64,000 nt of DNA. It comes from Chrysomallon squamiferum. Its lineage: Eukaryota > Animalia > Mollusca. The position numbers and the translations under genes were made by a program. Shown one piece after another: positions 34,875 through 48,485 of the stretch. Location: NCBI GenBank assembly GCA_012295275.1, contig CM022670.1, positions 5,208,001 through 5,272,000 of the forward strand, in the 5' to 3' direction. How positions within the stretch are numbered: the first letter of the stretch is position 1; each line of letters begins with the position of its first letter. Under the pieces are notes generated by a model that saw nothing but the letters and a program-made list of their open reading frames with translations, was not told the DNA's origin and made no database searches.

Positions 34875-37800
34875 CATTTAAATTTATTTATTAGAATTTC
34901 ACTTCACATATTCTGTCAAGTCTAAAAGTGTAAATGTGTGTGAATTTGTGGGAACACAAACTACACAAGGTTATACATTAGTCCAATTTTTGATACCTGA
35001 ATATGGTTTTCTGCTTCAGTTTAAGTCTAAATATATATGTATGTGGTATGATATAATACGATATATTATGGCACGGCATGATATATATGATATAGTGTGC
35101 TCTGGCATGGCATGGTTAGGTATGGTATAGTATAGTATTCGTGCATATATTATATATTAACTTAGATTATAATTGTTGTTGTTGCTGTTGCTCTCGCCGT
35201 TGTCCTGGTTGTTGCTAAAAAACAGAACACAACGTTTACACAACAATGTCTGCACGTGATGACGGTGACGACGCACATTGTTGTACTTCACTAACTTTCA
35301 CTTGCACCACGTAACCCACACGAGTGACCTCGACAGTTAAAATGTTATTAATCACGACAGACGTCCTCTTTAACATGTCTGCCTTTATGAATCCAATAAA
35401 TTCGACATTGACATATTTATCAGAGGTCCGTTTATTTATGGAATAATGTAATTAATCTATTGCCAGAGAGATAGATTCAAAAAAAAAAAAAAAAAAAAAA
35501 AGGAAATAGGAAAAAAAAAAGATTGTTTGATTTCAAATGTTTCACCACGCCTTCTTCTGGAATAAATTGAATTACAGTTGTTATTTTCTTATAATTTACT
35601 CTAAGTATAGTTTTCAATCTCACTTTGCTATTCCAAACTCCATTTAATAAGCCAAGATTGTTTTATTTGTTTTCCAACCTATGGGAAGGCGCTCATATAA
35701 TAATGGTTTGCGGCTAATAGGTAAAAGTAGACCGTATTGAGGCGGCATCAAGTTACTTATAAAATAAAACAAAATAACAGAAACAACATATCAGTCATTT
35801 ATTCATTCTAGTTTATTTATTAGTGTAATCGTCCACGTTTTATAACTGGGGTTTTTTCTGTTTTTAAGTTGTTGGTTCTTGGTGTGGTTCGTTTGTTGTT
35901 GTTGTTTTTTTTGTTTCTTTCTTCTTTTTTTTCTTTTCTTTTTGAAATAAATAATTGTTTAACGACAAAGACTGCTTTCAGCTAGGCAAGGACCAAACAA
36001 AATTAAACCTGCGTTTGGTCGCATTAGGTCATACAGCTAAACATGTATCTGCTTGAACCAGAAATGACGTGGCTCAGACGTAGAAGACGCTGTGAAGATT
36101 ACAAGAGACTCAGCTCTGCTCGTCTCGCTCTGGCAAGAATCAAACATAGATGTGTGCTTTCCTATCAACAGCATAATAACACACATTTAATGCATCGTCA
36201 TCTGCAAAGAAGTCATTTAGTAATAAAGAAGCGATTTTCCTCTGTAGCACTACCGTTATAAAATCATTAAATTTACACGATATAAGCATTAATACAAGTG
36301 CCGGTTAACCAGTATGCATCCATTCATTCTTAGGTGTTTTATTTCTGTTATTATTATTATTTTGTATTTATTTAAATTATATGTTGAATATAAAGTATTC
36401 TTGCTGTCATTTGCGTAGGTGGTGCTACTTCCTAATCTAATGAATAATATGTAATTAAATATGGATATATTTGTTAATGTATTTTAGAATATAATTTTAG
36501 TGTCATAAAATGTATTTCCCAAGCCTAGAGGAAATTTAATCAACAGTACAGATATGTGAGGCTCAGATTCAAACGTTCAGTAAAAGAGACAGGTGCTTTC
36601 ATAATGATGCTAACACCGTAATATTATAATGAATTTCTTTAAAAGTTAAAATATGCATAATATTAGTCGGAAAAAAACAACAAAAAAACAAAATGCCCGC
36701 TCCGGGTAGCCTCTTCATACTGGCATACCTGTGCTTGGCACCATTATAAACGTATTAAGAATATACAACAAATGCACACATCAGAGAGTTTATAATACGC
36801 TAGCCCGTCGGTAAATACAGACGGTATACATACATGTAAATGATATTTTCTTATTACATATTCCGTACCGGTTACATCGCAAATAGTGTACCAGATGCTC
36901 TTTGTCCGCGCACCCGCTGTCAGGAGATTACTTTATCCAGGATTTTACCAAACAAATGTTATAAGCCGGGGAAAATAAAAGTTTACAAATCTGTGTGGGT
37001 AATTGCAGTTTTGTTTCTCTATCAAAGGATTAACTTTTGAATATGATATAATGTTTATTGTTCCAAAGCGCCATAGGTGTGATTGTATCTTCAAATACCC
37101 CATGACGTGACAAATCGCATGTCGTCTTGGAAAAGTGAAAGAAAGTTCATTGAACTCAGATCTAAGTTTTTGAGAGAAAAATTGCTCTTTGATTTGCTGT
37201 TCCGTTAGTCTGTTTCATGAGAGAAAAAAATAGAAAGAAAAAAAAGCATGAAATAGAAATATGCAGTTGATGGTGCCATTTTATATTTACCATTCTACAA
37301 AACATAACAATAAAAACCTTAATATTTTATATCGTAGGACATTTAAAGTTACTGTGAAATAACTTAAATACGCAAAATGTATGCTTGCATCTGTCATGCT
37401 CTGGGAGAGGAGACCTCGATACAGAGCATTTTTAACCAATGAGCAACCGTTATCTCTGTTACATGACAGACAAGAAACACATACCATTGTTATTTGATAA
37501 AGGCAAATTTACGATCCTTTGCTCAACGATGAACATTGTACCATCAAGCTATAGCGAGTTTTCTTTGTTTCATTACATGTATAATAATAAGAAGAAGAAG
37601 AATAAGAATACTAAGTAAATAAGTAAATAAATAAATACATTTCACAGGCGACAAATTTAATCGTCAGCTAATTATAATTCCATCACTGCAATATGATCTG
37701 TACTTCGTGTTATATCACAGAAAACCTAGTTTTTCAGATCAGATATTTTACACCAGTTATTCAATAATAAGGAAACAGCCGATCCCCTGCTGTTACACTC

Positions 37801-38019
37801 AATGGATCAGATATTATCCGTATGAAAATTACTACGTTTTCGCAACCTGTCTTTGCGTTAACGCCACACGGTAAAATAGAAATAACACATTGCACGACCT
37901 GTCCGATTGTTCGGTGCCTGGCACTTAAATCCTGTGTGAAATAATAAACGAAGTGGCCAAATACAAAAGCTTTCTGAGATTTTAATCTTTCCACGAACAC
38001 CTGTCAGAAAATCCAGAGA

Positions 38020-38280
38020 TAATTAACAGAGGAAAGTTTCGACAGTTCAAAATGGCCAAGCATGCGTAATTAACACAGGAAAGCTTCGATAGATGTGTAA
38101 GGCCGACCCAAAGATAATCAAAGTTTCGACAGTTCTATAAGGCCAAGCCAAAATTAATCACAGTTTCTATGAGCCAAAGAAGATTAAAGTTTCGACAGGT
38201 GTGTAAGGCCTAGCTAAATATACTTAAGAGGAATGTTACAACAGATGTTTAAGGCCAAGTCAAATATAATAAAGTTTAAA
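38020..38280. repeat. Degenerate ~40-47-bp minisatellite, ~6 copies
   Basis: Recurring aaagtttcgacag...taaggccaag. Confidence 0.75.
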
Positions 38281-38529
38281 CTGTGTTATAAAAATAAAAT
38301 AAAAATTAAGTTCAACAAAGTCAAACAATAATGATTAACAAAATACATATATTTATATATTTAAAACTCTATATCAACTGTAATATTCTTTGGAAGAGTT
38401 AACTTGTATTACATCTTTATATCAAGAGAACGTAAGGTGAAAATGCCCAGCAGAATAAAGCTGATATTTTAAGACAGTAGTCTGTTATTTACTTTATTCT
38501 ACAATTCTAAATAATACAAAAATTAAATC

Positions 38530-38665
38530 AAATTAACTATTTTATTTCTTAGCTGACAGTAGTAGATTCATGTGCACCGTTTCCTTGTCGCCTACAAAAA
38601 CTGTACATCAAAACAAAATAGTTCTTAAATAACAACATTTTATTTGTTATTTTTTAAAGAATTTT
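38530..38665 (+). repeat. Dispersed ~135-bp repeat, copy 2
   Basis: Direct-orientation match to 31760-31895. Confidence 0.7.
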
Positions 38666-38710
38666 TTTTTCAAAGTAGTCTTTTTAATGAATTAACTGTG
38701 AACAGTGTGT

Positions 38711-38759
<49 letters not shown>

Positions 38760-40452
38760 CTTAACAACTCTCAACTCATTTAGTGCACCATATTTTATAA
38801 GCTATTGCTAAACGGATATAAAAATAATTAATATAATAACCAACTGAAATATCATCCCCATACTGGTTGCTCACCCAGATCTAGCAAGGAAAAGGTAAAA
38901 CCATATTTTCCCTAGTCTGTAACTAATTCTGCAACACTGATAGAATCAGTGAGTGGGATACATCGTTGATTCTCAGCCTGAACGGTTGTGTCCATTTGTA
39001 AAAGAATGAGAAAACAGGGCGACAGTTAAAGCTGTATATTTATAAATGCTTACAACTACAGTTAATCATACTTCTGTAATAATATTTTTACAAAAAAGAA
39101 CAAAAAAAACAACAACAGGCCCCAAACAACGCTGAAAAATAAAAGATTAAGAAGCAAGACAAACCAGGCTGGTGAACTATATGCCCAAGAAAATACCAGC
39201 GAACATTCTCTGGATATTTTAAACTGCTGATGTAAAGTTCTTTTCTGTTAAGTCTGAACGTTATAGAGTCAGTACCATAATCATAAATCAGAAAGTACAG
39301 TGAAAGGTGTCAGTTATAAGTATATTTAATTAACATTGTAATCTGCAATGTTAAATATGCGTTGTTTGCTAATTCTGCTGTTTATGAAAACGAACTGACA
39401 AATGAGATGTTGAGCATTGTATTTCCCTACTATTTTGAGTACAGGCTTAACATAAGTAGCAATTAGCCTACATTTTTCCTTACTAGTACATAGTTTAAGT
39501 GTAACAGAGCTAACTATAATTGATATTTATCTTACCTGTTGCTTAAGGGATTTACAGGAGATCAAAGCGGGTTAAAAAAAAAAAAAAATAATAATAAAAA
39601 AAAAAAAAAATGAATAAATAAACGAGAAATAATAATAATAATAATAATAATAACTTTTAAAAACAATATTTTATATTCATAACGTCATAACTTTATGAAT
39701 AATGCATGTAAAAATATATGTGTTTGTAGGTGTACGTCTTTATGTATTATATACGTAAGTGTATGCCATGCCTACCGTGCAAACCCATATTTGGTGTTTG
39801 GTATGAATTAAATACTTGTGCAATTTATAACGTTTCCGCGAATACATAAAAGCGAGATACATAACATTTATATAAAATTAAAATTAAATACATACTTTGA
39901 AAATTACATTGGAAACAAATTCTGAAAAATAATATACATATCATACGGAAAAGGCAGAAAGGGAAAATAAGAAGCAGAATGTAACATAATTGATAAAACT
40001 ACATTTTGCTGCTAAATTGACACAGGGGAGATAATCAATGTATAAAAACAAGTTAAAGGAAGACTCAGTCCGATGAGATTATCTGCAATGACAGATCTAC
40101 GTTACCAGGTAATAGTGATGAACGTGACGTGTTAGACACCAAACGACGCTTTTATTCGAAAGTTTATTAAGTCTCAGTTGGCACTTATTAGTGTGTACCA
40201 AAGCTGATTTGTTGATGTGCACATACACGTATTGCTAAACACATATGCGCACCCAAACATACACAAACAAATACTCAAGTCTGTTTTAGTTTTACCGATA
40301 TTTTATTGATTTTAATTTTTTTTAATTTTCATCAATTAATTAATCTGATTGCAAAAAGTAAAATACTTTTGGAATTATATAAAATAATAATTGATTATTC
40401 CTATTTTATTTTCTTTATGCACGTTATGACATTTACATAAAAAAAACGTCTG

Positions 40453-40492
<40 letters not shown>

Positions 40493-40741
40493 CTGTGTAA
40501 CAAATTACTTGCATTTTGAAACTGAAACAAATTAACAAAATACATTACTTAGAAAGATGAATAACTTTCTTTTTTACATACGATTATCATAAAAATAACA
40601 CTTTTGCCATATTTAGAATTATTTTTATTTCAAGATAGCCTTTCACAGTAACATTTTAACTACAGATCTGTCAAAAAAAAGCATTAAAAAAACAACAACA
40701 ATAAAACCAACAACAGCAACAACAACAACAACAACAACAAC

Positions 40742-40780
<39 letters not shown>

Positions 40781-41508
40781 AATAAATAAATAAATAACAA
40801 TTACATGTCTTGTGAAAATGTAGCTAATCATTATTCATATCGTAATTTTTCAGCACTAAGATAATCATGTTATCATTAACTGGGAAATAGCTACTTGCTT
40901 ATCGATCATAAGTCAACAGGCATTCTAGCCTTTTGCCGTGTTATAAAATATAAAAATTTCTTTTTGATATAAATATCATACTTCAGTCAGTGATTATAAA
41001 CTGTAAATGTACTGATGTTACAATGAGTCCTTCCTTTAAATGACCTTCACCTCACAACATCTTCGTACAAAAAAACAGATTTGTTATTTGTTATTGACTT
41101 ACAAAATGTATTTCTAATGTTAGAAAGCTAGAGCCGCTATCTGGAGATAATTCTATTAATTACAAATCTATATTCACATGTTAAAATTATCAGTTAGTTA
41201 TACCACATGGTCATAAACATACAGTTTTCTGCTCGACTTGTTGTTCTCCTAAATGTCAAAATAAGATCGTATGCGTTGTTTGTAATGGATTTAATTTTTC
41301 AGAGATAAATATTTTTCCACTATTCAGAGATCCGTTTCCGTGTACGACACTTCCGGTCGTATAAAGCTGAACATTCGTTTGGACTTAACGAACTTTGTGG
41401 TTTTTTTTATTCCAACAGGTCTGCTGTTGTCACGATGATGATATGTCTATTTCAACTTGGGGTAGCTAAAATAAATTTTCTTCAGAATCCATTTTTCCCG
41501 ATTCTTCA

Positions 41509-42428
<920 letters not shown>

Positions 42429-42782
42429 TTTAGTTAAAAATGTTGATATGGTTACAAAGAAAACTAGCCTGAAAGTATATGTATATCCTGGTCTGTTAAG
42501 ATTTAAAATCGATATTGTTACAAAGAATCATCAGCAATATTACTGGTTGAGAAATATTGAAAAGAAAAAAAAAAAAAAAAAAAAAAAAAAAGAAAAAAAA
42601 AAGAAAGTAAATATAGTCAACAAACACAAACACACACACACATACCTTCACACATAAATACATAATTACAAAGATAGTTCCGTACATACACACCTACCTG
42701 TACATGCATGCATCCATCCATGCATACATACATCCATATATACAAACTGATTTGTATTCCTAGATCTATTAATGTAATAATC

Positions 42783-42822
<40 letters not shown>

Positions 42823-42996
42823 TTAATAATAATAAATTCATTAATTCATTAAATTATGCATTTTAGAAGTATGTACCTGATATAATGATGTTCCCATCAT
42901 CAGTTTCTGTATCTATTTATAACTAAAGTTTGGTTTCTTTGATTGTATCTGTATCTAGCTATTATCTTTAATACTATAAAAATAGCAGGTGTTTTT

Positions 42997-43116
42997 CTTT
43001 ATATAAAGAAGGAACAATAGAGCTTGTACGTCACAAGTGCATTCTTCACCCTGTGACGTTGAGGCGAAACCTTCCTTTTCATTGTGCACACGTCAAATGT
43101 CTCATCACGTGACGTC
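42997..43116 (-). promoter_or_regulatory. TATA box plus a cluster of four CRE-like/E-box sites
   Basis: Palindromic CTTTATATAAAG 42997-43008; TACGTCA 43027, TGACGT 43054, CACGTCA 43089, TCACGTGACGTC 43105-43116. Confidence 0.55.
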
Positions 43117-43341
43117 TGCGGCTACGATCAAAGTGAACACTTCTCATATCGGACACGGAAAGGCGTTTTTTTTTTTTTATTGTGCAAAACGTTTATACAG
43201 TGACAGACAAAAGACAAAAAGACAAAAAAAAAAAAAAAAAAAAAAAAAGCAAAAAGAAAGAAAGCTGTTCTTTTTATCTTTAGTTAGCTATTTTTGGTGT
43301 GTTTGCATCAATAATGTAGTAGTAAAAGCAGCAGCAGAAAC

Positions 43342-43372
<31 letters not shown>

Positions 43373-43534
43373 ATAGTACTAGAAGTAGTAAAAATAATAA
43401 TGATGATGATGATATATTTTTAATATTCAGTCAAGACAAGTCTTTTAACTGCTGTGAAAGAAACAGTTAATGAATTAATATTATCTGTTAACTACAGCTC
43501 AGTATTATTAGTTAAAAGTAAAGAGTGAATTTTC

Positions 43535-43770
43535 CAACAGAGAGGACCACGCACCGTTCGTTGTGTTTGATAAACTCGTCATCTTTATGGACTGAAACGG
43601 GAAGAAACTGAATGGACGCCCTAAGCAGAATTGAACCCGCTATTCGCCAGTCTAATACAACGGAGGTAAAACTAACACTTGCAACCAAATATGTATTTCG
43701 TCTTTTTCATATTTCAGATTCGATGATGAAACTAATTTCGAATATGTTTTGTACACTTAGAGAAAAAAAA
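43535..43770 (-). mobile_element. Dispersed repeat, tRNA-derived SINE-like (copy B)
   Basis: Shared blocks tttgataaact, atggactgaaa, gaattgaacccgctattcg, taaaactaacac, catatttcagattc with copy A. Confidence 0.6.
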
Positions 43771-43891
43771 AAAATACTGAATAAATAAAAAATAAATAAA
43801 TAAAATAAATAAAAAAAACCCCAAAACCTGAGTAAATTAGGTATGTTATATGGCTCATATTAAACGGAGCTTTTGTATATTTTACCGTATC

Positions 43892-43938
<47 letters not shown>

Positions 43939-44115
43939 AACATTATTATTATTATTATTATTAATGTTGTTGTTGTTGCTGCTGTTGCTGCTGTTGTTGT
44001 TGTTTTGTTTCGAGTATGACATAATAATAATTTACCAGATAGAGAGCGAAGAAAAAGAAAAAGTAAAGGTAGGTGCGCAATATTTGTTTTTTAATGCAAA
44101 AGAAGAAAACAAATA

Positions 44116-44204
44116 GAGGGGGGGGTCTTCCGGTTTGCTGATCATTTCCGCATTAGCGGAGACAGACGTCAATTAGTAAATTTGCATTATTCTTTCATTT
44201 AAGA
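44116..44204 (+). promoter_or_regulatory. Putative TRAPPC11 promoter and non-coding first exon
   Basis: ETS-like CTTCCGG (44127-44133) and ATTTCCG, local CpGs, donor aaga|gtaaga at 44204/44205; coding exon 1 has an acceptor 7 nt before its ATG, so an upstream UTR exon is needed. Confidence 0.55.
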
Positions 44205-44812
44205 GTAAGACAGTTTTAATGTATTTTTGTCGTCATTTGCAAAGTTTGCTTTAAAATTAACTTGTAGCGGCAGCTTTAACCGAAGTATGGATTTCTATAA
44301 ATTATAAATTAATGATATACGAAGGGCGGTAACTCATTCAAACTCTTAAGTGACAGTAAATGAGTACACTGTAATGGTGATTATTCTGACCTTCTCAGGA
44401 CAGTTTGTTTTTAATATAGATGACTTACTTTGACAACATATATATTTTTAGATAATATTTTTTTCAAGTGTTTTTAATGTATAAAAATAAAACTTAAATA
44501 CTAGCCTACTAACTAATCTGATATTCACTGCTGGTCTGGATGTTCAGGATTACAAATCACGATTCATCATTCAGTTTTTTTATTCATAATAAGGTAGCGA
44601 TATTTAGAACATCATATACATCGATACATTCAAAATGAATATGCATGACATGAATGATTCAGCTGCAATAACACATTTATTAATCTGAGTCATGGTTTGG
44701 TATCATGCTAATATATATATATTCATAACAATATTTTTAAATGGTGTTGTTGTTGTTGTCGTTGTCATCATCATTCTTATTGTTATTATTATTATTAAAT
44801 TTCAGCTTTAAC

Positions 44813-45013
44813 ATGTCTTGGGCAAGTGAATTACCACAAGAGTTGCTATGTCGACCCATGGGTCTGGTCATACTAACAGGCTTGGATATAAAGTACAATG
44901 CTATTCACAAACTCATATGGGATTCATTCTGCAATAACAGACGCCCTGATAGAGTACCATTGCAGTTCCAAGTACAACTAGGAGACCATGAATATCCTAA
45001 AAGTAAAACTAAG
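44813..45013 (+). CDS. TRAPPC11: TRAPPC11 coding exon 1
   Basis: Acceptor at 44805, ATG at 44813, ...[10 protein letters not shown]|gtgatc. Confidence 0.93.
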
Positions 45014-48000
45014 GTGATCTCCTATAAATTTAAATAATAATTAGAAAACTAAATAAAAGTATTAATAGTAATAACAATAAAGATTTCATCGCTGGTTTAG
45101 TTATCATTTACTAGAGTTTTCAGATACTGAATTTAGCTCAGTTAAATAATAGTTTAAAGGTTAATAACATCTTGGAATTTTAGTGTTGTAGTTATGGTTA
45201 GTAGAAGAAACTGTGAAAAACTTAAGTTTCTAATTAAAAACATATGCTGTGCATTTTTAATGTTTAATATTTAAAGCCATAATACATTTGTAAAACTAAA
45301 CAAAAAACACGAAATAAATCATTTTATATATAAATATTCCAAAGATAATATTTTCTTTAAGAATTGGATATTTTCTTTTTTAAATATTTACCTTGAAAAA
45401 AATAATAAACCTAAAATTTATTTAATCCAAAATTTAGGAGTAAAGAATCAATACCTCTGCAATTTGTACAAGAATACCAATATAATTAATTACTGATTTA
45501 AGTTTTTTTTAACTAATTTAAAATTTACATTTTCTTCTTAGTAATAAATAATTAAATTTATACTACGAATACAATCAGTTTGCAAAGCAACAATTGAAAT
45601 GCTTCACTGTTAAATATATATATAAAAATACCATTAGTTAACAACATATATATATAAATATATAAAATCTAAATTATATTTCTGGACTTATTACATGCAT
45701 ATTAATAATAACTTCCATAATTACAAACAATTTTTAATATTCATTAAAATAAACAGTTGTTCATTAAGTTTTACAGTGAGTAAACTGTTGTCAAAAAACC
45801 AATTCTAACTTTTAGGCTTCATAAAACTTTAAAAAAGAAAGAAAGAAAACAAAAAACAAATGGTTTTCAGTGAACAGTTCTTAAAAAAAAAGAAAAAAAA
45901 ATCTTAATATTCATTAAAAATGGCAGATAATGATTATGACCGGTTTCTTTATTTAATAACATCTAACCGATGTTTTTTGTGGGTTTTATTATTATTATTT
46001 TATTTTTATTTTTTTTTAAGAACTGTTCACTGAAAACCATTTGTTTTTTGTTTTCTTTCTTTCTTTTTTAAAGTTTTATGAGGCCTAAAAGTTAGAATTG
46101 TTTTTTTGACAACAGTTTACTCACTGTAAAACTTAATGAACAACTGTTTATTTTAAATTTTATTATCACTGTTCCAGACATCTTGTTCTGTTTCAGTTAC
46201 ATAAAATATATATTATAATTTACTTTTAATTTGTTAAATATTCTAATAATTTATTTCAAAGGACATCCTATGAATGGTACATACCAAAAGCTATTTTGAA
46301 GAAATCATGGAGGAATAGAGATATGTATTGTTCAATTTCAGCTATATAACACTTTAATTTATTTTTAATATATAATTTTAATAATTTTTTTCCAGAGGAC
46401 ATCCTATGAATGGTACATACCAAAAGGTATTTTGAAGAAGTCATGGATGAATAAACATTTGTCATTGGTGCCAGCAGTGGTTGTTGTTTTCTTTGATCTA
46501 GACTGGGATGAGCCTATGTGGAAAGAAAAACAAATTACCTGTGCAAGTGTTGTTGAAGTAGTCAGGTAAATAGTAAAAAAAAAAAAATCATTTACAATTA
46601 GCATGATTATTATATATATTTAAAGTATTAATATCTTTCTGTTTATATCTTTTATACCATATTAATTATTTACATTTATATTTTAAAATATTATGATGCA
46701 CTGATTTCTAATTAATAATACATCTTTTTATATTTATTTATTTATTTTATTTTATTATTATTATTTTTTTTTTTTGGTAATAAAGATATATGTATAAAAT
46801 ATTATTTTTAAAATTGAATTAATATTTGTAATACAATACATTATAATAACGAAAAATGTTGAGGAAAATCTAACATGTAATACTAATAGTCTCATATCTC
46901 TATTATTCAATTACAAATTTAAGTAAAGGGGTGATGTGTTGTTTTGTTTGTGTACATCTAAAAGGTTTTCTTATTTTTTTTTATTTTTTCCTTGTGTTAT
47001 ATTATTTTTTTTTTTTAATTTATTTTTTTATTTTATTTTTTTTATATTATTATTATTTATTTTTTTATTTTTTGGTAATGTAGAAACACCTTACAGGGCA
47101 GAGGGACAAAAGTTGCAGTTGTTCTGATACAGAAAAATGCACCACTTCCTCCAGGTAGGTTACATCAGCTTTTTCTGAGATTATTAGATCCAAAACATAA
47201 ACTTGTGTATCTCCAGATAAACAGAAGAAGAAATGTCCACCGAATACTGCCTTTTTTGACAAACTTTATTACACAGAAAACAGATAAGACTAAAAAATAT
47301 TCAAGGTAAATTTTATAAAATAATTTTGTCATGCTAAAAAATGTTTCCATTAATTATCAAGTTGATATTGTAGGTATTATATTTAAAACAACAACTATTC
47401 TTTAAAAGTGTAAACCTGATATTAAAAAACTACAGTCAAGTGCAGTTAAATGTGACTTTGCTTTAAACAATGTTTCTGTTATGATAGCACATTCTTTCAC
47501 CTGCAACTGAAATATAATTTAATTCAAGCTTTTCATCAAATTACAGATTAAATAAAAGTAACATCAAAGGGATTTGATACTAAAATAACATTGTCTTACA
47601 CCCGCATGTTCATTTACCCATAATAGTATGGTTTTATTTATACATTCCAAATTTGCATGGTACAATTTATGTCCAGATTAAAGAATTTTCAGAAATGTTG
47701 TATTTGTGTTTCCTGTGTCACCATTTTAACAATATTATGTCTGTGTTTACAGGAGAAGATGTAATGGCTGCTGAGAGGGCTGCTTCCCTGTGTAGTGCTT
47801 GTGACATTTCAGCAAAATCGTTGTATGTACTTCCACACACAGACCATCTCATTGGCTACACAATCAGGTAAAACAGCAAAATCAGATCAAAAACAGGCAG
47901 GGGATAGATATGAATATGGCCTTTTAAACAAAAGTAAAAAAGAATGAAACAAGTTTATAATAATTATTACTGGGTTTTTTTCTTGTTGTTAGTGTCCTCA

Positions 48001-48106
48001 TATTTGTTGTTACTTTCTTAAGTTTAATTTTTATTTGAAGCCTTGAAAATAAATATTTTTTATGTAGTTATTATAGTTGTTAAAACTACCAACCTTTTTT
48101 AACATG

Positions 48107-48146
<40 letters not shown>

Positions 48147-48426
48147 GATCTTTTTTAAAGGTTAGAAAATGCATTTTATGAGCTGGCTCAAAGCTATTAC
48201 CATGCAGAAGCCAGGAAAGTAAAGTCTCACAAAGATTTCCTAAACAAAACAACACATCAGGTAATTTGTAGCTTTAGTTTATAAATATAGTTAAAACATA
48301 GTGAATTCCATAATCAGATAATATGGAACAAAATTATGTATATTTTATTCTTATTCTTATTCTTATTTTATTATTATTATTTTTTATATATACATAGCAT
48401 CATTTACCATATATTTCTTGACATGA

Positions 48427-48485
<59 letters not shown>

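Noticed and set aside
38020-38280. Spaced repeats (also 21727-21845 and 51665-51785) as a CRISPR-like array
   Set aside because: Whole units are mutually similar with no unique spacers, there are no cas genes, and the context is eukaryotic.
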